64,000 nt of DNA from the human T2T-CHM13v2.0 reference genome, Homo sapiens. The stretch is from NCBI RefSeq assembly GCF_009914755.1, contig NC_060945.1, one strand, 5' to 3'. The translations under genes were made by a program, and so were the position numbers. The notes under the pieces are model-generated. The model searched no databases. It was not told the DNA's origin and saw only the letters and a program-made list of their open reading frames with translations. This document shows, piece after piece, positions 57,256-64,000 of the stretch. The first letter of the stretch is position 1, and each line of letters begins with the position of its first letter.

Positions 57256-59862
57256 ATAGGATATTTCATAATATATTCTACAAACACCCTAGTGGGACAT
57301 CAACAGGAAGCTGTATACAAATATGCTTCCACCAACTAGAATAATGTAGCATAGTACATGAAATTAATTACAGTCTTAAATTATAAATAGATAATAGAGG
57401 TCATTCAGCACAATCCTATACGAAAATTAGAAGTAATAGCTGCTGCTTGAAAGGTCATAGGGTCATCAACACTTTAATTTAGCATTCACCATTATGGGAA
57501 CTCATTTTATCACAGTGTGATAATAGCTTTCATCATTGCAAAAGTGCTGATATGATCAAGAAACTTCCATGACATCTTTCCTTTAGTCCTGGTTTTGATC
57601 TTTGAACTGTATGATGTGGGATGCATTCCTCCTCATGAGACAATCTTTTAAATGAAAATATGTATTTAACTTATTATGGTTTGCAGTTTCCCACACTGAA
57701 GGATAATTAATTCCACTATACAACACATTAATTTTCAAATGTGTAACCCTTTTGGTTATCCTTCAGTTTGTCAATATCCCTCACTGAAAATTGATCTTAA
57801 AAATAAACAGACTAGGTAAGGTGTGATCTGAGGAGTAGAGCTCTATTGTTTCTGAACACTACACTTCTAATCACAGTGTGTCTGCTGATTTGTAAATTTG
57901 AGTCAATTAAATCCCTGCCTAACCCACTATTGTTACAGTTCATTAGCTTTGACCTAAATATTAGAATTACGCTTATTCTCTTACATTCTATTACATTTTC
58001 AAAACCAATTTTTTCTACATTATGATTCCAATTTCAAATAAGCTAAATTGAGACAAATATATCTAATATGTCTAAATTCAGATATTAAGAAAAAGCATGT
58101 TGAATCAGACAGAACTATTTTATCCAGGAGACTTACATAAGACAATAGTTTGGCAGTTGTCCATAAGAAACTTTCTAAATCTATTTTCACTCAGTAAAAA
58201 TAGCATGCATGATTTATTCTCCTCAAACATTCACTTTTGTTTTTCATAGAACACATTTCAAGCAAATTCTGATTTTAAGCTTTCCGTTGCTGTTACCCCA
58301 TTTTTTAAATTTGCTAGACATTTTTAGCACTCTTAAAGCACTTGTGTAATAATTTGTTATAGCTCTTTACCTTTAGGAAACATTTGATTGAAAACTGGCA
58401 AACAAGTAATTACAAAACTCCGGGATGCAACAAAAAATTACTCCACTATTCTAGGTAGTTTGTCTGTAATAGATGCCCTCTAAATGCAATTTTATTGATT
58501 GCTTCCATTTTGTATTTAAAAATAAATTCTAGTAATAATTATAAAAAATTAAATTTCTGCTTGGTAAATTTAATGAATACATCAGATGTTAAATTACTTT
58601 GCCTATGAGCACATGACCTCTCATAATTAATTAAATGGCTCAAACTCATTCTTTTTATATTAACTCCAGAGAAGCCTGCAGAGGAGTTATTCTATATTTG
58701 GAAAAGGGTTTAAGAGTATTGCTTGTTTTATTACAAAATTGACCTAACATTAGTGTGGTATTAAAAAACTTGATACAAATGAAGTCAGAACTAGAGCATA
58801 CTGACAGATCTTTTGCCTGACTTATTTTCTAGATCATTTGAATTAATTAGGGTAAAACATAAGATTTGGATACATTTATTTATATTTGACTTAATTTTGA
58901 ACTAATAGAAAGACAGTCAATCCTGGAATTTTTATTTATACTCAGGCTGTAAAATGGATTGTCTCATTTTTAGGTTACTAAATGCCCTTGTGTTGTGAAT
59001 ATGTGGAATTATAACCATCAGGAATGTTTCTTACCTCATTCTTCAAGCAGATGACTAGAATTCCAGTTTTACACTAGATCATTATTTTAAATGAAACCCA
59101 CTTGGGCTAACTGTCATGTAATCAGAAGAGTCACACCATGGTGAATTTAATTAAAGACATAATTATATGTTTTCACTTAATCAGAATAGCAACCTTAATC
59201 TTTACCTACAGAAAAGACTCATTTGCCAATTTTACATGACATATTTTATATGGTTAGTGACTTAAAATATTATTTTATCACATACTGTCATAAATAATGT
59301 TTATTGATAAGAGGAATTCAAAAGGCACTAGAGCAATTTAGTGCACATTTTTTTAAAAGCAAGTGTAGACTCTTCCTATGGTAAGTTTACTTAAAAATTA
59401 TGCTACTGTATAATGTTTGGTTGTTGCAAAATATGTCAGTTACTCCAATGCAACAGTCACCTTTTGGAAGACAGTATCTGGTCATAAGTAGCATTTGCTC
59501 ATGAGTTAACAAGTAGAATAAATACGATGCATACATAATTATGAGTTTACCACTAAACCTGATTAAGGTGACAAATTCAACATAAAATATCTCACTACTA
59601 AATCATATAATGTTGTAAACCTGTGTGAAGTATTGTCTGGATCTTTATTATTCTAAATATTCCTGATATTCTGATTAATATAATTGGGAGCCTCTTGCTT
59701 TAATCCCTCAGGTTAGAATGGTTACATTCTCTTTATACACAAATGCTGGCCTCTCCTTAATTTTTTCTTCTATTGTTGACTTCATTTTAGAATAGCCACA
59801 ATTACCAGTAACTGCATTCCTGAATTTTCTGGAATGGCATTTTAACAAAACATTCATGTCTG

Positions 59863-60278
59863 TGTCACAGGAATCTTGGGGTATTGCTTCACCAGCCAGA
59901 AACCTCTGTGGTCAGTGGCACCATTGCTTGAGTTTTGCTCGGCTGTTGGGCTTGTTCTGCCCACTCAGCATGGCACGCTGTGCTCAGCTTGTGCTACTGG
60001 CCTGGATCCCATGCCTGCCAAAGGCAAGCCAAGTGCAAAGTGGCAAGGGGTGTGTACGCAAGCATGGATTCTGATCACTGCACACAGCCAGGCATGCTGG
60101 GTGTGGCAGGGTGGGTAGCATCGGACTCTGGCATGGGCACTGGCTAACTGTGAAGTTGCAGCTGGACCAGGTGTCCCACAAGCAGCTTCCATGACTGGCA
60201 CTGGGAAATGTAGCGAAACTTGGAGAAGCCAGGGACCACAAAGTCCCAAAGAGGGTATAGCCCTGGCTTGGGGAGCCA
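59863..60278 (-). mobile_element. MER52-family LTR fragment (ERV1)
   Basis: GC-rich island starting tgtcacaggaatcttggggtattgcttcaccagccagaaacctctgtgg; truncated at the TA-rich repeat. Confidence 0.82.
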
Positions 60279-60279
60279 A

Positions 60280-60390
60280 TGTATATAATACATTTATATA
60301 TAGTTATATAATACATTAATATATATTATACATAATATATATTATATATAATACATTTATATATAATATAAATAATACATTTATATACAC
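60280..60390. repeat. TA-rich degenerate minisatellite (ataatacatt core, four copies)
   Basis: Direct reading of the sequence. Confidence 0.85.
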
Positions 60391-60819
60391 GTACACACAA
60401 ACACACCCACATATGCATTTAAACAAGGTTTTACAAAGCAATACTAAATACAGTGATATCTGATGTTTTCAATCCCATTCACTTTTCTTCTAATATACAT
60501 AAATTAAAAATTAAGCAACATTGCAAGCTATATGGTTGATTTACTTACCCACAGATAGATCACACTCTGAAACCTAAGGACTTACTCTTTGAGGACTAAC
60601 TTATTTGCAGAGGATTTTAAAGGAGGAGATGCTAGCAGAAGAAAACATAATTTCAGCAAAGATAGTGTTTATTATTTTAAAAACTTATATTGTATAAAGT
60701 TGGGCCATTCACAAATATTTTACTTTACCTCTCCTTTAAAAAAATGTTAAAATGTTAATAATGCTCTTCTGAATCTACTCTCAAAGTAGACATTGTTATT
60801 AATCTTGGTTGGGCCAAAC

Positions 60820-61450
60820 AAAGGTTAATAAAAGTAATATTACACTTCTAGAGAGAATTAGGAAACAGCACACATTGCCACCTTCTCCCTTTACTGTCGT
60901 GATGAATTGTGTTCCAGACGGAGCAAGGTCTGCCATATTTAATTCCAGAATGAGAGGACACTGCACAGTTCCAGCCAACTCCCAATGAACCAGTAGAATC
61001 AATGAGAAATAAAACTTTTTTGTTACTATAGCATAGTCTGAAATAAAACATTTCTTTGTTCTGTACCATAGTCCAGTTGATTTGACACTCAAAAGTGAGT
61101 CATGAACTAACATAAAATAAAAATATTTGGTATTGGCTTGGTAGTTTGCTGAATAGCAGCAATGATGCTGTTTCAGAGTTTGGAAGAACCATGTAAGTGC
61201 CAATGAAATATTAGGGGACATTTTGACCTGCAGTAACTTGGAAAACAGCATAACGAACGTACATAGCCTTACCGGAAGTAGTTAGAAAAGAAAAAGATAG
61301 CTCTATTTGGCAAAGTACAATAAGTACATGAACATAGGAAAGAACTGACTATTTTTTGAGCAACAGTGAAAAGAAATAAAGGGAGTCCAGGAATTTAAGA
61401 ACTTTCAGGATTGTAAAGGAAACCCGCTTCTCAACCCTAAAGGTTATGTC
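60820..61450 (+). mobile_element. Old MLT1 (J/K-like) LTR plus MLT1 internal fragment
   Basis: atgagaaataaaac...ttgttactatagcatag, then tggtattggcttggtag...gacctgcagtaacttggaaaacag. Confidence 0.55.
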
Positions 61451-63609
61451 GAAACTGAGGTCATTGAGCAATAAAGAGTAATTATTATTATAATTTGAGG
61501 CAAGGGTTAAAAGAAAATATTCTGCCTCTCAAACCTATTGTTAAAGAATTCTGAGTGGAATGAGGTATCTCCCAATAAAGATCCAAATAAACACAAGATA
61601 CCCAATAAAAAATTGACATAAGCACTCACTGTCTAGGCTCAAGATTCTTTAAATTAAGTGAGAAACGCACATTGAGAAACAGACAGAAACAAAGACAAAA
61701 AAAAAATAATAAAGAAAACATTCCCCTGAAAAAATTAAAAGAATAGACATGAAGCAGAATCAACCTTTCAAATGAGATATTGGTCTGGTGTTATGATCCC
61801 CCTCCCACGTGATAGCTTATCAGTGTCTCCTGATGCAGAAAATTACTGGACATGAGGATCAAAAAAGTGATAGATTTTATTAATCACTATAAAAGTTTTG
61901 AGTAATAAGAAATTTTATTGCACAAGTATCTTGAAGACAGTTTGTAATATCAGTAAGTTTTGGATGATAAAGTTCCAAAGAACAATTAAGGTATATTAAC
62001 ACATAAAACAACCAGCTCTTGAATTACAATATAAATTATTAAAATAAGGCTGTTTAAAAGATATAGGGGGAACAACTTATGTATGATCATGTCAAATTTT
62101 ATAAATGAAAATTTTAATACTTATGTTCTTCACCTACAATGTTGTGACAATAGTGACATTTCAGAAATAAGTGTTCAAATTTTAAGTAATAAAATATGAA
62201 ATATAATTAATATTGAGTACTGAAAGTTGATTCTCTGTAAATCGGTCTTCTCTGTAAATCAATCAATACCTGCAGCTGTCCAGTAGAGGAATTTTTAATT
62301 AGGCATTCAGGTTGACTTAAAATATACCTGCTGGGTTGATAACTAAATCTATTCCATGTTATAAATGCTACCACATAACAAAAAACTGAGTATGATAGCT
62401 TTATATTAGCGAGGCATTGGCATAAACCAGCTTTGCAAAAAGAATGTCATCATTAACGGACAGAATAATTAGGCATCTATAAAATATATTATTAGTGTCA
62501 AAGTTTACTAATATCCATAAAATTAAACTTCATTTTACTCAATATATTTCACTTTAGTTATTAAAAGTGTATTCTAAAATACGTTTAATTAAATTTATTA
62601 AAATTATGCTTTTAAAATTAATTCGAACTTTGAATTAAGATGTAATGGATGTCTTCAGAAAAACTGATCAAGTTTTGAGGTATTACGGCACTGTGTAAAA
62701 TTATTTTTGATTTTCAAAAAAATGTGATAATAAATAGCTGTTGCAGTGTCATTTTAAAACTCTTTATCTCTTTTAGTTAACTTTGGCCTGGCTTTAGTTC
62801 CAGCATCACAATAAGCCATTAATTATTCTCGGTAACAATAAATCTATGAGTAATAAAAAGGAACACATATTATTTTTTCCTGAATAATTAAATAAGATTT
62901 TTAGTTGACAGTACACATTGCAATAGCTTTTTGTATCCTATTAAGATAATAGTTCAATAAATATCTAAAATGAAATAATTTAATATTGGATACATTTGAA
63001 AACTTGGATGTCAGTGAAAACGATCAGTAATCTTATTTGATATTTTAGTATCATGTAAGGGGCATATTATCTGAAATAAATTAAATGGTTTAATCAGGAG
63101 CAAATGTCATATAGAAAGTCTTACTTATTACTTCTTAAGAAAAAACGGTCTACACAGAGAAGGTAAAAGCTACTAAGGCTAATCCTGCGAAACATTGCAC
63201 AGTTAGACCATACTTGTCATGTCAGCCTATGATATAAATATAAAACTCTTACAAAATTTTCTTGCTATGTATGCTAAATATATTTTCAAATTAATCTGGT
63301 TGCATGATGTTAGTAATCACTAAAAAATGATTTTGGGAAACTAAAAGCAGAAGAACATAATATGGGATACAAATAATTGTTCTAACAAAGGTAGCTTACA
63401 GAAACACATTCAAGACTACCTTCAATAATGACAGTTTGGGAAACTAATTAATTTCAGTCCAGAATAACACATATAAAGTAAAAACAATTATTTATAAAAA
63501 TAAAATAAAATTTAAAAATAACAATTTCAACAAATTTGAAAACTCCCAAAGTGATTCATAAAAAACAGCTACTTTTTGAGGTAAGAATGGTAAGTATATG
63601 AACTTTTTG

Positions 63610-64000
63610 ACTGAGAATATGGAAGAGGAAATTAAAACTAACTAGGAAATATTTAAAATGAGAGAACTGTAGAAGGACTAAGATAATAAGCATTCTACAA
63701 ATTCTGGGATGACTGATAAACTACTTTAACTACATAAACATGAAGAAGCCAGAATCCTCGTGAAGATTTAAAGCCTGGGAGACTTGAAAACTTGCTGTGC
63801 CTGTGAGAGCATTCTTTAATCCACATACATCTGAAATGGCAGAAAGCCTAATTGGCTTGAAGAGTCTAAGCACAGCCTTTGGAAATCATTTTCTGGCCTT
63901 TAAACCACACAAGTGCAGGATATATCTCTATGGAGACATTGACCAACAATTGTACACAGTAGGGGATGCAGGTTTGAAAATTTGAGTCTGGGCATTTTAA
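63610..64000 (+). mobile_element. Possible old L1M 5' region, running off the window
   Basis: Resembles an L1M 5' UTR (gcagaaagcctaattggcttgaagagtctaagcacagcc). Weak match. Confidence 0.35.

Noticed and set aside
59856-60316. GC-rich island with five overlapping ORFs
   Set aside because: It is a CpG-depleted MER52 LTR fragment, not a CpG island or an exon.

Overview
This window is primate (human-like) nuclear DNA: AT-rich, CpG-depleted and dense in repeats, most likely intergenic or deep intronic. I found no intact protein-coding gene, rRNA, tRNA or CRISPR array. The ORF track consists of chance ORFs and read-throughs of Alu, L1, LTR and mariner sequence, many starting at TTG or GTG. Most interpretable sequence is layered transposable-element fossil: old L1M and L2 LINEs, MaLR elements (THE1, MST, MLT1), ERV1 elements (MER41A with internal leader, MER52), an ERVK MER9 solo LTR, ERVL remnants (LTR47, LTR16 plus internal sequence, an RNase H fragment), a near full-length HSMAR2 mariner, a MADE1 and eleven Alu/FLAM copies. 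Many insertions keep readable target-site duplications (TSDs), which gives their order. The best non-repeat signal is a small CpG/ETS-motif cluster followed by a strong splice donor at about 32.1-32.3 kb, plus good splice signals at about 47.4-47.8 kb. These may be exons of a lncRNA or short-ORF transcript, but that is unverified. I see no convincing novel biological system. Repeat subfamily calls come from my recall of consensus sequences and need RepeatMasker/Dfam confirmation.
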